From: Candidatus Moraniibacteriota bacterium
Lineage (GTDB): Bacteria; Patescibacteriota; Minisyncoccia; Moranbacterales; UBA2206
Direction of reading: 5' to 3'
Assembly (NCBI GenBank): GCA_013334765.1
Contig: JAAXWW010000005.1
Coordinates: 28,350-92,349 of the forward strand
DNA: 64,000 nt
The notes under the pieces were generated by a model. That model worked only from the letters and a program-made list of their open reading frames with translations, was not told the origin of the DNA and did not search any database. Shown piece after piece: positions 17,471 through 27,493 of this stretch. How positions within the stretch are numbered: position 1 is the stretch's first letter; each line of letters opens with the position of its first letter. Both the position numbers and the translations under genes were made by a program.

Positions 17471-18961
17471 ATGCACAGAAAAAGGATCGCCACGAGAATC
17501 TTTTTATGGTTCGCTCTCCTTCTGCTTCTCTTGGCTCTAGGTTATGTTTCTTTCTTTTTTTATAAGCTGAACTATTTCGGCAACAAGGTCAATCCGTCTT
17601 CAAAGCAGCCAGAAACCATCTTCGATACCTTGAAATCGGTAACTTCCAATGATGCATCCGGACTCAAAGGAGCAGAAACCGGCAGAATCAATATATTGCT
17701 TTTAGGCACTGCCGGAAAAGGAAAGCCAGGGCAGAACCTCACCGACACGATAATGATCCTGAGCGTGAATCTTAAAACGAATCAGGTCGCCCTTCTTTCC
17801 CTTCCGCGCGACCTCTATGCGAGAGTTCCTGGCACATACTATCAATCCAAGATAAACTCAGTATACCAAGCGGCCCTCAATAGGTCAGGAAACAATCCTG
17901 ATGAAGCAGCCAATTCGATCAAGGAAACGGTCAAAGACATCACCTCGCTCGATATGAACTACTATGTCGTTCTAGATTTTGACGGATTCAAGCAAGTGGT
18001 CGACGCTGTGGGAGGAATCAACATAACGAGCGAACGGGACATATATGACGCGACCTATCCCGGACCGAATTATAGCTATGAGACTTTCGAACTCAAGAAG
18101 GGGTTCCATCAGCTGGACGGGGCCACCGCCCTCAAATATGCCCGCGAACGCCATGATGACCCGGAGGGCGACTTCGGCAGAGCCAAGAGGCAGCAGCAGA
18201 TCATGCAGGCAACCAAGAACAAGATATTTTCCGCCGGAACTTTTTTCAACATAGTGGCAATCAATAATCTCATCAACGCGCTCGGAGACAACATCCGCAC
18301 CGATATCAGCCCCAACGAGGCGGCATCATTTTTCGAGCTCAGCAAGAAACTGGACACTGCCAACATAAACAATGTCGTGGTCGACGCCTGGAACAGCGAC
18401 AGCTTGCTCAAAGTCTCGCATGTCATGGTCGGCAATGTGAGGGCGTTCGTGCTCATCCCCCGCATCAGCAACTATAGCGAGATCCATGATCTTGCTCAGA
18501 ACGTTTTCGACCTCAACAAGATCAAGCGCCGGAAAGAAGAAATATCCGATGAAAACGCGACTGTTGCCATAATCAATAAAAGCGGCGATGCTTCACTGCT
18601 CGGAAAAATAGAAAAGCTCCTCAATGAAAGGTTCGGATACAAGAGCGTGATCACGATCAATGATCCGATGAAGTTCGACGAGGAAACATCGACTGCCTAT
18701 GACCCCACCAACGGTTCGAAGCCGTTCACTCTTGACGAGATCGCCACCAAACTCCCCGCCAAGGTTTCCTATGACCTTCCGGAGGGATATGGAAAAGTCA
18801 TCGAGAAAAGCAAAAAGGCAAACCCAGACATCACTGTCATCCTAGGCAAGGACCTTTCTGAAAAATACCGCATGGAAGAAGATTCGATCGATGACCTCAA
18901 AAACGCTGAAGATGATCAGAATTATATGGACTTATCGGATAATACTAACTCAAATAAATAA
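17471..18961 (+). CDS. LytR-CpsA-Psr (LCP) family cell-envelope phosphotransferase
   Basis: An N-terminal TM is followed by the LCP core INILLLGTAGKG...TDTIMILSVN...LLSLPRDLYARVPG and a LytR_C-like tail. Confidence 0.85.
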   Translation: MHRKRIATRIFLWFALLLLLLALGYVSFFFYKLNYFGNKVNPSSKQPETIFDTLKSVTSNDASGLKGAETGRINILLLGTAGKGKPGQNLTDTIMILSVNLKTNQVALLSLPRDLYARVPGTYYQSKINSVYQAALNRSGNNPDEAANSIKETVKDITSLDMNYYVVLDFDGFKQVVDAVGGINITSERDIYDATYPGPNYSYETFELKKGFHQLDGATALKYARERHDDPEGDFGRAKRQQQIMQATKNKIFSAGTFFNIVAINNLINALGDNIRTDISPNEAASFFELSKKLDTANINNVVVDAWNSDSLLKVSHVMVGNVRAFVLIPRISNYSEIHDLAQNVFDLNKIKRRKEEISDENATVAIINKSGDASLLGKIEKLLNERFGYKSVITINDPMKFDEETSTAYDPTNGSKPFTLDEIATKLPAKVSYDLPEGYGKVIEKSKKANPDITVILGKDLSEKYRMEEDSIDDLKNAEDDQNYMDLSDNTNSNK

Positions 18962-18966
18962 ACATC

Positions 18967-19515
18967 ATGAAAATAATCATCGGCCTGGGGAACCCGGGCA
19001 AGGAATATGAGGCGACCAGACACAATGTCGGCTTCATATTTCTCGACAATCTGCAGAAAAAATGGTCGTTTCCCGGCTTCGAATCCAACAAGAAGTTCAA
19101 CGCTGAAATTTCGAAAGGAACTGTTAACAGCAGGGATGTCATCCTGGTGAAGCCGCAGACGTTCATGAACCTTTCAGGCGAAGTAGCCAGAGCGATCCTC
19201 GATTTCTATAAGCTCACGCCGGAAGATATCCTCGTCATCCAGGACGACCTCGACATCATGATCGGGAAATACAAAATCGCAACCGATTCGTCTTCGGCCG
19301 GACACAACGGCATCAATGACCTGATCGAAAAACTCGGAACGCAGAAATTCGCCCGCATCCGCATCGGTATCGGCGAAGAAAAAGACGGTGCGCTGGTCTG
19401 CCGCCTCGGAGCCCATGATTTCGTGCTGGGGAAATTCAAAGAAGAAGAGATGGGAAAGATAGGAATGCTGAAAGAAGATATATTGAAAGAGGCTGATAAA
19501 TTCGCCACATCATAG
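18967..19515 (+). CDS. pth: Peptidyl-tRNA hydrolase
   Basis: MKIIIGLGNPGKEYEATRHNVGF matches the Pth signature. Confidence 0.9.
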   Translation: MKIIIGLGNPGKEYEATRHNVGFIFLDNLQKKWSFPGFESNKKFNAEISKGTVNSRDVILVKPQTFMNLSGEVARAILDFYKLTPEDILVIQDDLDIMIGKYKIATDSSSAGHNGINDLIEKLGTQKFARIRIGIGEEKDGALVCRLGAHDFVLGKFKEEEMGKIGMLKEDILKEADKFATS

Positions 19516-20529
19516 ACCCGCTTTCTTCTTGTTGGCCAGATGCTCGTCGTATGTCTTGGCATACATCACTTCTTTCGTGCCGTTGACGGTTGAAGTGAGG
19601 AAATAGTTGTAGCCGGAAGCCTGCGGATAGATCGCTGCCAAAATAGCGTTCATTCCCGGATTGCTGATAGGAGTCGGCGGAAGGCCGGAGAGCCTATATG
19701 AATTATAGGGCGAATCAAGATCCAGGTCCTTTCCGCTATGGCTGTCCTCATTGTCACCCAGCGCATAGCTGAGCGTCGCATCGCTTTGGAGCCTCTGCCC
19801 GCTATTGATCCGGTTCAGGAAAATCCCTGCGACTATTTTCATATCTTCCGCAGTCTGCACTTCCCGTTCGACGATGCTCGCAAGTATTATCGTGTCTTCA
19901 ATCGAACTGTTCCTGCTTATGATATCCTGCCGCATCTGGCTGGTCAGTTTCCGATCGAAATTATCCAGAAGCTTGGTCACGATATCTTCAGCGGTCGCGT
20001 CCTTATCGAAGAAATAGGTATCCGGAAAAAGGAAACCCTCGAGAGTCGCTATTTTCTGATCCGACAGGAAATCGTATCTGCTCCGGAAATCCCACTTGGG
20101 TGAATCCGTCGCTATCGATAGGAACTGATCGCCGGGAAGGCTTTTGTCATTGAGTCTTTGAGCCAGCTGCTTGACGGTCAGCCCTTCCGGGAAAGTGACC
20201 TTGATTGCCATATCTTTCCCTTGGGTGATATTCCCGACTATTTCCGGGATGGTCAAGCTCCCTGAAAGCTCGTATTCTCCAGGAAGCAGCCTGTTGAGTT
20301 TCCCGTGGGTGCGGAGATAATAGTAGAGATACCATTTGTTGGAAATGAATCCCTTCTCTTCCAGATTGCCGGCGATATCCAGATTGCCTTCCCCTTCCTT
20401 GATTTCGAAAAACCTGCTCGTTTTCAAGGATCCGTGAGAATAGTAGACTTCGAAACGGAAATAAAAAATCCCTCCGATAATGAGGACCGCGACAATCATG
20501 AAGATGGCGATATTTTTCCTGAAATCCAT
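19510..20529 (-). CDS. mltG: Endolytic murein transglycosylase MltG/YceG
   Basis: A TM anchor is followed by YceG-like motifs FPEGLTVKQ, LFPDTYFF and GLPPTPISNPG. Confidence 0.85.
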   Translation of the reverse strand: MDFRKNIAIFMIVAVLIIGGIFYFRFEVYYSHGSLKTSRFFEIKEGEGNLDIAGNLEEKGFISNKWYLYYYLRTHGKLNRLLPGEYELSGSLTIPEIVGNITQGKDMAIKVTFPEGLTVKQLAQRLNDKSLPGDQFLSIATDSPKWDFRSRYDFLSDQKIATLEGFLFPDTYFFDKDATAEDIVTKLLDNFDRKLTSQMRQDIISRNSSIEDTIILASIVEREVQTAEDMKIVAGIFLNRINSGQRLQSDATLSYALGDNEDSHSGKDLDLDSPYNSYRLSGLPPTPISNPGMNAILAAIYPQASGYNYFLTSTVNGTKEVMYAKTYDEHLANKKKAGL

Positions 20530-20554
20530 AAGATGGAATTGTGAGAATTATGCA

Positions 20555-21178
20555 TTATCCGATTATGAGGGGCACGAAGGAGAATCCGGGATATTCCTCG
20601 GTATAGAAATCGTCCTCCCCTTTCTTTTCCAAATACATGATGCTGTTCCTCGTGCTTATCGGAATGACCATTTTTCCTCCGATAGCGAGCTGGCTCTTCA
20701 AGTCCTCCGGGACGTGTTCCGCTCCGGCGGAAACCAGTATTCTGTCAAAGGGCGCTTCCGATGGGAATCCCTTGCTTCCGTCGCCCGTGAAAAAAGACGC
20801 GATTCCTTTTTTCACGAAGCCGAACTTGTCGGTATTGGACTCGCCAAACTCCTTTATTTTCTCTTGCTGATCAAGGGCGATGACTTTGCCATGAGAGCCG
20901 GCGACATATGAAAGGATGGCTGTCGTCCAGCCGGAACCGGATCCGACATCCAGGATCTTCTGATCCCTTTTCGGATCAAGAAGCTCCATCATGAAAGCGA
21001 CCACCGTCGGCTGCGAAATCGTCTGCCCGAAACCGATCGGAAGCGGGATATCGGCATCCGCGTCCTTCTCGAATTCCTTCGGAACGAATTCGACTCTTCC
21101 CAATTCGGAGAAAGCGTCGATAAGGATGTCCGTCTGAAGATATCCCTTATGGATAAGCTCGTTGGTCAGTCTGCTCAT
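20555..21178 (-). CDS. pcm: Protein-L-isoaspartate O-methyltransferase
   Basis: The SAM-binding motif is ILDVGSGSGWTTAIL. The N-terminus is MSRLTNELIHKGYL...VEFVP. The start is taken at the internal Met to avoid a 47-nt overlap with the upstream gene. Confidence 0.8.
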   Translation of the reverse strand: MSRLTNELIHKGYLQTDILIDAFSELGRVEFVPKEFEKDADADIPLPIGFGQTISQPTVVAFMMELLDPKRDQKILDVGSGSGWTTAILSYVAGSHGKVIALDQQEKIKEFGESNTDKFGFVKKGIASFFTGDGSKGFPSEAPFDRILVSAGAEHVPEDLKSQLAIGGKMVIPISTRNSIMYLEKKGEDDFYTEEYPGFSFVPLIIG

Positions 21179-21206
21179 ATGTTTCCAAGAGTTTATTTTT
21201 CGCGGA

Positions 21207-21647
21207 TTATAATCCGATGACCTGAACGAAGATGTCGCGCTTCCTTGCGCCATCCATTTCAGCCAGGAAAATGCTCTGCTTTTCCGTAATCAGCATCGAT
21301 CCCTTCTCGATCGGAACGGACTGACTCACCCCGATTATCATCGTCTTGCAGTGGGAATGACCATTGCTTCTGCCATCCGACTTGTTCGATCTGGTCAGTT
21401 CGAACATATCATGCGAATAGCGGTCGCTTATGGGAACCAGGCGATACAGCACTCTCATGAAATCCTGCACCAGCATCGGCTCATTGTGGTTTATCACTAT
21501 TCCAGCGGTCGTGTGCGGGGAATAGACGAGAACCTGGCCTTCGCGCACTCCGGAGTCAGCCACCACGCCGGCTACCTCCTTGGTTATATCGACAAATTCA
21601 ACCTGTGCCTTGCTCTTTATTTCCAGTTTTTGTTTGTATATTTTCAT
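21207..21647 (-). CDS. YjbQ/UPF0047 family protein
   Basis: HTTAGIVINHNEP...SNGHSHCK...GSMLITEKQSIFLAEMDG matches the YjbQ-family pattern. Confidence 0.7.
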   Translation of the reverse strand: MKIYKQKLEIKSKAQVEFVDITKEVAGVVADSGVREGQVLVYSPHTTAGIVINHNEPMLVQDFMRVLYRLVPISDRYSHDMFELTRSNKSDGRSNGHSHCKTMIIGVSQSVPIEKGSMLITEKQSIFLAEMDGARKRDIFVQVIGL

Positions 21648-21689
21648 GGAATTATGATTTTAAAAAATTATTCCATTTTTTTATTGAGA

Positions 21690-22610
21690 CTATCTGCTCT
21701 TCAGAAGCTTGTGCACGCCGTTGGCCGCTATGGCGCCTTCCGCTGCTGCCGTTATGACCTGGCGGAACTTGTCGGAGCCGGTCGTTATGTCCCCCGCCGC
21801 AAAGATGCCTTCTATGTTCGTGCTCTGATCAGGATTGGTGATTATGTAGCTTGCCTCATCCATCTTGACTCCGAGCCCCTTAGCGAGCGTCACTCCGGGA
21901 GTGGTCCCGACAGCCACGAAAATGCCGTCCGTTTCCAGGAATGTCTTGTCGTTATACGGCTTGTCCAGAACGAGCTTCTCCACTTTGCCTTCGCCTTTTA
22001 TCTCAATCACCGATGTCCCTGAGATTATTTCGATCTTGTCATTATTCCTCAGCTTGTCGATCCAAACCGCTTCCGACATCAGCTTCTCGCCCCGATGGAT
22101 TATATATACTTTCGAAGCATGATCCGCAAGCGTAAGAGCGGTGACGGCAGCGCTGTTCCCGCCTCCGACAACCGAGACGACTTTGTTCCGGAAAAACATC
22201 GCGTCGCATGTCGCGCAATACGAGACCCCTCGCCCGACAAGCTCCTTTTCTCCCGGTATATTCAGCTTGCAATATTCAGAACCCATCGCCATAATGACGG
22301 TCCGCGCCTTGTATAGTCCTGAGGAAGTTCTGACATTGAAAACGTCGCCGTTCTTCTCAACCGACATCACCATCTCGTTCTTTATTTCTATGCCGTAGTG
22401 CTTCACGTGATCCACCATGCGCGAGATGAGATCATAACCGGATATCGAGATATCGCCCGGCCAGTTTTCCAGCATATGGATGGACTGCATCTGCCCGCCG
22501 GGAGTCGATCCGAGAACCACATGGTTCAATTTGTATCTTGAAGCATAAATGGACGCCGAAAGTCCGGACGGACCGGCTCCGACAATCACCGAGTCTAAAA
22601 TCTCTTGCAT
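21690..22610 (-). CDS. trxB: Thioredoxin reductase
   Basis: The FAD motif is VIVGAGPSGLSASIYA. The redox-active site is CATCDAMFF. The NADPH motif is VVGGGNSA. Confidence 0.9.
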   Translation of the reverse strand: MQEILDSVIVGAGPSGLSASIYASRYKLNHVVLGSTPGGQMQSIHMLENWPGDISISGYDLISRMVDHVKHYGIEIKNEMVMSVEKNGDVFNVRTSSGLYKARTVIMAMGSEYCKLNIPGEKELVGRGVSYCATCDAMFFRNKVVSVVGGGNSAAVTALTLADHASKVYIIHRGEKLMSEAVWIDKLRNNDKIEIISGTSVIEIKGEGKVEKLVLDKPYNDKTFLETDGIFVAVGTTPGVTLAKGLGVKMDEASYIITNPDQSTNIEGIFAAGDITTGSDKFRQVITAAAEGAIAANGVHKLLKSR

Positions 22611-22632
22611 ATCTTTGAAGCGTTAGGTCTTA

Positions 22633-23346
22633 TTATTTTCCGAACCTCCTCTGCCTTCCGGCATAATCAAGAAGGGCTTCCTCATATTTCTCTTCATTGA
22701 AATCAGGGAATTTCTCTTCCGAGAAATAAAGCTGGGCGTTCGCCGTGTCCCACATCATGAAGCCGGCGCTGTTGTGCGGCTCGCCGCCTGTCCTTATCAC
22801 GAAATCGACTGCCGGAATCCCCGAGGTCATCAGGTTTTCCTTGAATATTTCCGCCGTTATCTCAGTCCCTTTCTGGTATTTTTCAAGGATCCTGTTTGCC
22901 GCCTCGATGATCTCGTCCGTGCCGCTATAGGCAAGCATGAAATTGAGCACCTTTTTGTTATAGTTCTTGGTGCGGTCCAGGACTTCATGTATGATTTTTT
23001 TCAAGGAATCCGGAAACTGCTCTTCCCAGCGGCCGATGACATTCACCCGCACTTCGTTCTCATGCGTCTTCCTGTCTTCCAGAAGCCGTTTGAAATAGCG
23101 CCTGTATATGTCCAAAAGGGCTTTTTTCTCATCCAGCGGACGCTTTAGAAGATTGTCTTGGGATGATCCCCAGATGGAAAGGCATCCTATTCCCCTTTCG
23201 AAAGTATAATTTATCAGCTTTTCAAAATTTTTGGCGCCTTCTTCATGCCCTTCCCACGGCTTCAATCCCCTTTCTTTCGCCCATCTCCGGTTCGCATCTG
23301 GAATAATCGCGACGTGACGCGGGAGATTCTCTTGATTATTGTCCAT
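22633..23346 (-). CDS. uppS: Undecaprenyl-diphosphate synthase (cis-prenyltransferase)
   Basis: PRHVAIIPDANRRWAKERGL is the UPPS signature. Confidence 0.9.
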   Translation of the reverse strand: MDNNQENLPRHVAIIPDANRRWAKERGLKPWEGHEEGAKNFEKLINYTFERGIGCLSIWGSSQDNLLKRPLDEKKALLDIYRRYFKRLLEDRKTHENEVRVNVIGRWEEQFPDSLKKIIHEVLDRTKNYNKKVLNFMLAYSGTDEIIEAANRILEKYQKGTEITAEIFKENLMTSGIPAVDFVIRTGGEPHNSAGFMMWDTANAQLYFSEEKFPDFNEEKYEEALLDYAGRQRRFGK

Positions 23347-23471
23347 AAATTACATAAACATAAGCTCCGCTTGTTCGAGCTTCATGGTTCGTTATTGATA
23401 AGGATATATTAGACCATAAACAGGAAAAAGACAATCGAGGTTTTTGAGGCAAATGCATAAGTCCTAAGAAA

Positions 23472-24545
23472 CTATTTCTGCCTTTCCACCATATAGCGGG
23501 CTATTCCCTCTAGGAAAGTCCGCGCCTCCTGATTTTTGAATCCTATCCCTTTGAGAGCTTCCAGCGATTCCGAAACCAGCTTTTCCATGAGCTTTTCAGA
23601 ATACGCGAGCGCGCCGGTCTCCTTGATGAGATTCCTGAAATCTTCCAGGTCGGACTTGGTCAGATCCTTTTTCCCCAAAAGCTTCCTGATTCCGGCAATC
23701 TGCCTTTTGTTCCCGTTCGCTAAAGCCCTTGCCACAAGGATGGTCTGTTTGCCTTCGATGATATCCGATCCGACCGGCTTCCCGATTTTCTTCTCTTCCC
23801 CGAAAACGCCGAGGATATCGTCACGGATCTGAAACGCTTTGCCGACAGCCATGGAATACCTGGAAAACTTATCCGCCAGATCCTTGCCTTTCTTTCCAGC
23901 CAGCGCCGCGCCGAGATGAAGCGGCCCTTCGAAGCTATAGCTTGAGGTCTTGCCTTCATACATATCAAGGATTTCCTTTTCAGTGGCATTCCCCCTCATT
24001 TCCAAATACACATCCTTCATTTCGCCCGGAACGATCTTATAGACTATTTCCTGAAGCTTATCGAGGGCGTCCAGTATTATCTTTGCTGGAAAATCGCTCC
24101 TGAAGATTATTTCGTTGCCCATAGCGGCTGCCATATCGCCCACCAGCATCGCCATGGAATTGCCGAAATGCTCGGCATCCTTCTTCGGGAAATGCCGCTT
24201 GGATATTTTCTTGTACCGTTCGTGGATAGTGTCGACTCCGTGCCGCTTGGCGTCTTTGTCGATTATGTCGTCATGGATCAGAAGAAAGACATGGGTAAGC
24301 TCAATGCTCATCGAAGCCTTGATTATCGCCTCGCCATCGCGGCCGCCCGCCGCCAAATAGCCATAGTATACCAAGGCGGGACGGACCCTTTTGCCGCCGG
24401 ACAGAGTGAAATCCTCAAGCATCTTGAGCGCCTGTTTTGCCAGAGGATCCATTTTTTCTGACTCCTTTATTTTGAGCGAAAAATAATCCCCTAGAAGAGG
24501 ATCGACTTTATCCTTGTAGCTTTTGAGCAGTTCGATTGCGTCCAT
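23472..24545 (-). CDS. Trans-polyprenyl diphosphate synthase (IspA/IdsA family)
   Basis: The first Asp-rich motif is LIHDDIIDKD and the second is FQIRDDILG. The start is taken at MDAIELL to clear the adjacent tRNA. Confidence 0.85.
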   Translation of the reverse strand: MDAIELLKSYKDKVDPLLGDYFSLKIKESEKMDPLAKQALKMLEDFTLSGGKRVRPALVYYGYLAAGGRDGEAIIKASMSIELTHVFLLIHDDIIDKDAKRHGVDTIHERYKKISKRHFPKKDAEHFGNSMAMLVGDMAAAMGNEIIFRSDFPAKIILDALDKLQEIVYKIVPGEMKDVYLEMRGNATEKEILDMYEGKTSSYSFEGPLHLGAALAGKKGKDLADKFSRYSMAVGKAFQIRDDILGVFGEEKKIGKPVGSDIIEGKQTILVARALANGNKRQIAGIRKLLGKKDLTKSDLEDFRNLIKETGALAYSEKLMEKLVSESLEALKGIGFKNQEARTFLEGIARYMVERQK

Positions 24546-24547
24546 AG

Positions 24548-24623
24548 TACCGCGTATGGGATTCGAACCCATGATTTCCAGGATGAGAACCTGGCGTCCT
24601 AGACCGGACTAGACGAACGCGGC
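24548..24623 (-). tRNA. tRNA-Glu (anticodon CTC)
   Basis: The minus-strand read is GCCGCGTTCGTCTAGTCCGGTCTAGGACGCCAGGTTCTCATCCTGGAAATCATGGGTTCGAATCCCATACGCGGTA. The anticodon loop is TTCTCAT and the D-arm is Glu-like. Confidence 0.8.
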
Positions 24624-24840
24624 TCGCTTAGGGCTTCGCCCTCACAATAACCAATCTACCAGTTTTGAAAAAACTTATCAAGGCGCCTCCCGGATCGTTT
24701 CCATAAAACTGCCAAACAAGGGCAAAAGGCAGTTTTTCTATTGCGGATTATATGCTAGAATTATGGCATCCGAACATATGGACAAAACGAAGTTTTGCAA
24801 TTTATTTTTCCAATGTTAATCTGGGAGAAAGTTTTGCATT

Positions 24841-27423
24841 ATGGCAAAAAACGGAGCATCTAAGAAAATATCGCTTCTCGAACCGTCTTTTCGGGATATT
24901 TTGGTTTGCCGCAATAATGACAACAAGCCTTTTCTGGAAGCTTTCCATGCGGAACCGGAGAACGTATCGCTTGAAAAGCTAGGCACCCTTTTCGGATTCT
25001 TCGAAATAACCGACCATTCCGAAGATTCCTCATATATAGTCAACTACCTCATTTCCGTCATCAAGAAGGAATTCTTCCTGCGTCCCGGAAGAGGATCAGT
25101 CGAGAGCTTCGAGGCGGCGCTCCACAAAGTCAACCTCGCCCTTTCGAAACTGGCCGCCCATGAGAACGTGAAATGGATCGGGAACCTCAATTCGGTCTGC
25201 GCGGTCATCGAAAAGAACAACCTCCATATAGCCAGCGCCGGTTCCGGAAACGCCTTCTTCCTCCGATCAAAGACCCTCACGGAACTCACCGATCCATCAG
25301 AGAACTCCGGATCCGCCAATCCCTTGAGGACATTCCAGGACGTATTGTCCGGACGCATGGAAGAAGGCGACAAGATAATCCTGGCAACCCAGAGCATCTT
25401 TGACATCTTTTCCATTGAGGAAATCAAGAAAAGCGCGCTTAAATTTTCGCGCGAGGAATTCGCCCGATTCCTGAACACGGCGCTTGTCAACGAGCTTGAT
25501 TCGGCAACAGTCATTCTGGCCGATATGGACAAGAAAGGGGCCAATGCGTCGGTCGAAGCTCCCGAAAAAGAGGTTATTGAAGAGATGAACGCCTTTGCCC
25601 AGACAACCTATGCCAAGAAACGGGAGACGGAAGAGCCGCATAGAGAAGAGGCGCACATATCCCCCGAAGAGAAAAGCAGGCTGAAAGAAGAGATCCAGGA
25701 GTTGAAAGATGAATTCGTAGACAAAAGGACTGGCCATATATATATCAAGGAAACCGCTCCCGAAGAGGAACAGGAAGAAATACGTTTTCAGGGCAGCTAT
25801 TCGGAAATGCTTGGAAAGATTACGCAGACTGCCGGCACCAAACTGAAGAACCTGAGCGATTCTTCGAAGTCAGCCGCGTCAGGCATGCTGGATTCGAGCC
25901 GCCTACTGCTGGAGAAAGTCAGGAAGAACATATCCAAGAAAAAGGAGGGAAGGATTTCTTCCATCGAATACGCGACGGATGAAACGCCTACAAAAGAAAA
26001 CTATGCCCCGCAGGAAATGGCTGCCGCGGCATCTTTGGCGGCAATAGCCAAAAAAAGCGCCAGCGCTTTGACGCAAAAAGCGAGCAACGCCCTCCGTGAG
26101 GAAAATTTCGAACTTATCTGGAAATCCATCCGGAACGCCTGCGTCCGCTTGGCAGAAAACCTGAAGCCTGCCGCCATAGGAACAAGAAACGCTCTCATAA
26201 GGCTTGCTATTCTCATAGCTACCATCTCGAAAAACTTGGCGCGCATGATAGCGACCGAGGCTTATCCGGCAGCCAAAAGGGCTGTTATTTCGACTATTAG
26301 TAGATTCAAACATGCGCAGAAAAGCAAGCCAGAAACCGCAGTTATCGTCACCGAGAACATATCCGCCCAGTCGGCAAGCAAGGCATCTATTGAGAATTTT
26401 TCCAGAGCAAGAGCATCCCGAACGATAACCCCCCGATCGCTTCCGGCGCGAAGGAAGATGATCCCTGATTTCAAAAAGCTCAGGAATATCATAGGGAAGC
26501 TCAACTATCAGCAACGGCTGTATCTCATCCTTCTCGTGATGGCTTTCTTCATCGTCCCCTATTGGATCGTGAAATTGGAAAACCGTTCCGCCGAAAAGAA
26601 ACCAGCACCCGCTCCGGCAGCCATGACAGAAAGCGCATCATCCATGCTGCCGCTTCAGAATGACAAGAACGTCACCCGTATAGAAAAGATTTCCAAAACG
26701 TATTCCGGAGAAGACATTACCAACGTGATAAACCTGAACGGCAAATTCTTCTCGGTTTCCAAGACCGACATAGTAAGCCTTGAAACCGAAGCCAGATTCC
26801 CGATTCCTGACAATTTCCAAAATGCTGAATTCGCAGCTCCGATGGACGACTTGGGGATTATTTTCCTGATGAAAGGCGGGCGCGTTACGTCCTTCAGCCC
26901 TGCATCCGAGAAATTCAGCGATAACAGCCTGTCCCTTCCGGCAAGCGTCGAAGTGAGAGGGATAGGCAGCTATCTTACCTATCTTTATGTGCTTGACGCT
27001 AAGGCGGGGCAAATCTATCGCTACCCGAGGGCCGAGGGCGGCTTCGGGGACAAATCCGACTGGCTGAAAGATACTCCGAACCTCTCAGGAGCCCAGGATA
27101 TGGCCATCAATGATAACGTCTTCATTATTTCCAATGGCAGGATTATCAAGTTCTTCCGCGGAAAATCTCAGGACTTCTCACCCGAAAAAACCGCTACCGA
27201 GGTCATTCCGGAAAAACTGTATACCAATCCTGATTCCGAGAACATCTATGCTCTCGACACCAAGAACGCCAGAATCGTGAAATATGACAAGGACGGCAAT
27301 CTGGTTTCTGAGTTCTATAACGCTGCAATCGAAAACGCTGACAACTTCAGCGTCGACGAGAAGAACAGCGTCGTCTATTTCTCAACCGAAAACGCGGTGA
27401 ATTCGTTCGGGATGGAGGGATAG
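24841..27423 (+). CDS. Transmembrane PP2C-like (PPM) Ser/Thr phosphatase with a C-terminal extracytoplasmic repeat domain (860 aa)
   Basis: The N-terminal PPM motifs are LFGFFEITDH, NLHIASAGSGNAFFLRS, ILATQSIFDIFS and ATVILADM. A single TM (LYLILLVMAFFIVPYWIV) follows. The C-terminus has repeated units (LYVLDAKAGQIYRY, IYALDTKNARIVKYDKDGN). Confidence 0.7.
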   Translation: MAKNGASKKISLLEPSFRDILVCRNNDNKPFLEAFHAEPENVSLEKLGTLFGFFEITDHSEDSSYIVNYLISVIKKEFFLRPGRGSVESFEAALHKVNLALSKLAAHENVKWIGNLNSVCAVIEKNNLHIASAGSGNAFFLRSKTLTELTDPSENSGSANPLRTFQDVLSGRMEEGDKIILATQSIFDIFSIEEIKKSALKFSREEFARFLNTALVNELDSATVILADMDKKGANASVEAPEKEVIEEMNAFAQTTYAKKRETEEPHREEAHISPEEKSRLKEEIQELKDEFVDKRTGHIYIKETAPEEEQEEIRFQGSYSEMLGKITQTAGTKLKNLSDSSKSAASGMLDSSRLLLEKVRKNISKKKEGRISSIEYATDETPTKENYAPQEMAAAASLAAIAKKSASALTQKASNALREENFELIWKSIRNACVRLAENLKPAAIGTRNALIRLAILIATISKNLARMIATEAYPAAKRAVISTISRFKHAQKSKPETAVIVTENISAQSASKASIENFSRARASRTITPRSLPARRKMIPDFKKLRNIIGKLNYQQRLYLILLVMAFFIVPYWIVKLENRSAEKKPAPAPAAMTESASSMLPLQNDKNVTRIEKISKTYSGEDITNVINLNGKFFSVSKTDIVSLETEARFPIPDNFQNAEFAAPMDDLGIIFLMKGGRVTSFSPASEKFSDNSLSLPASVEVRGIGSYLTYLYVLDAKAGQIYRYPRAEGGFGDKSDWLKDTPNLSGAQDMAINDNVFIISNGRIIKFFRGKSQDFSPEKTATEVIPEKLYTNPDSENIYALDTKNARIVKYDKDGNLVSEFYNAAIENADNFSVDEKNSVVYFSTENAVNSFGMEG

Positions 27424-27426
27424 AAA

Positions 27427-27473
27427 AAGCGGTTCAGACGCAAGCCGCAATGGCTTTCCTGTCTGAACCGCTT
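27427..27473. terminator. Hairpin immediately after the PP2C gene stop
   Basis: AAGCGGTTCAGAC and GTCTGAACCGCTT form a 13-bp stem with a 20-nt loop. No clean T-tract follows. Confidence 0.4.
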
Positions 27474-27493
27474 AAAAGCGCAATCTTCTTCGC

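Noticed and set aside
21207-21253. 47-nt overlap between the pcm and yjbQ ORFs as given in the track
   Set aside because: It is resolved by using the internal Met (MSRLTNELIHKGYL...) as the pcm start, which matches the family N-terminus. This is not a genuine long overlap or frameshift.
24680-24726. Hairpin AAACTGCC...GGCAGTTT followed by TTTTT on the plus strand, between tRNA-Glu and the PP2C gene
   Set aside because: It resembles an intrinsic terminator but has no upstream plus-strand gene to terminate. It is possibly part of an unannotated sRNA or just promoter-region structure. It is too ambiguous to call.
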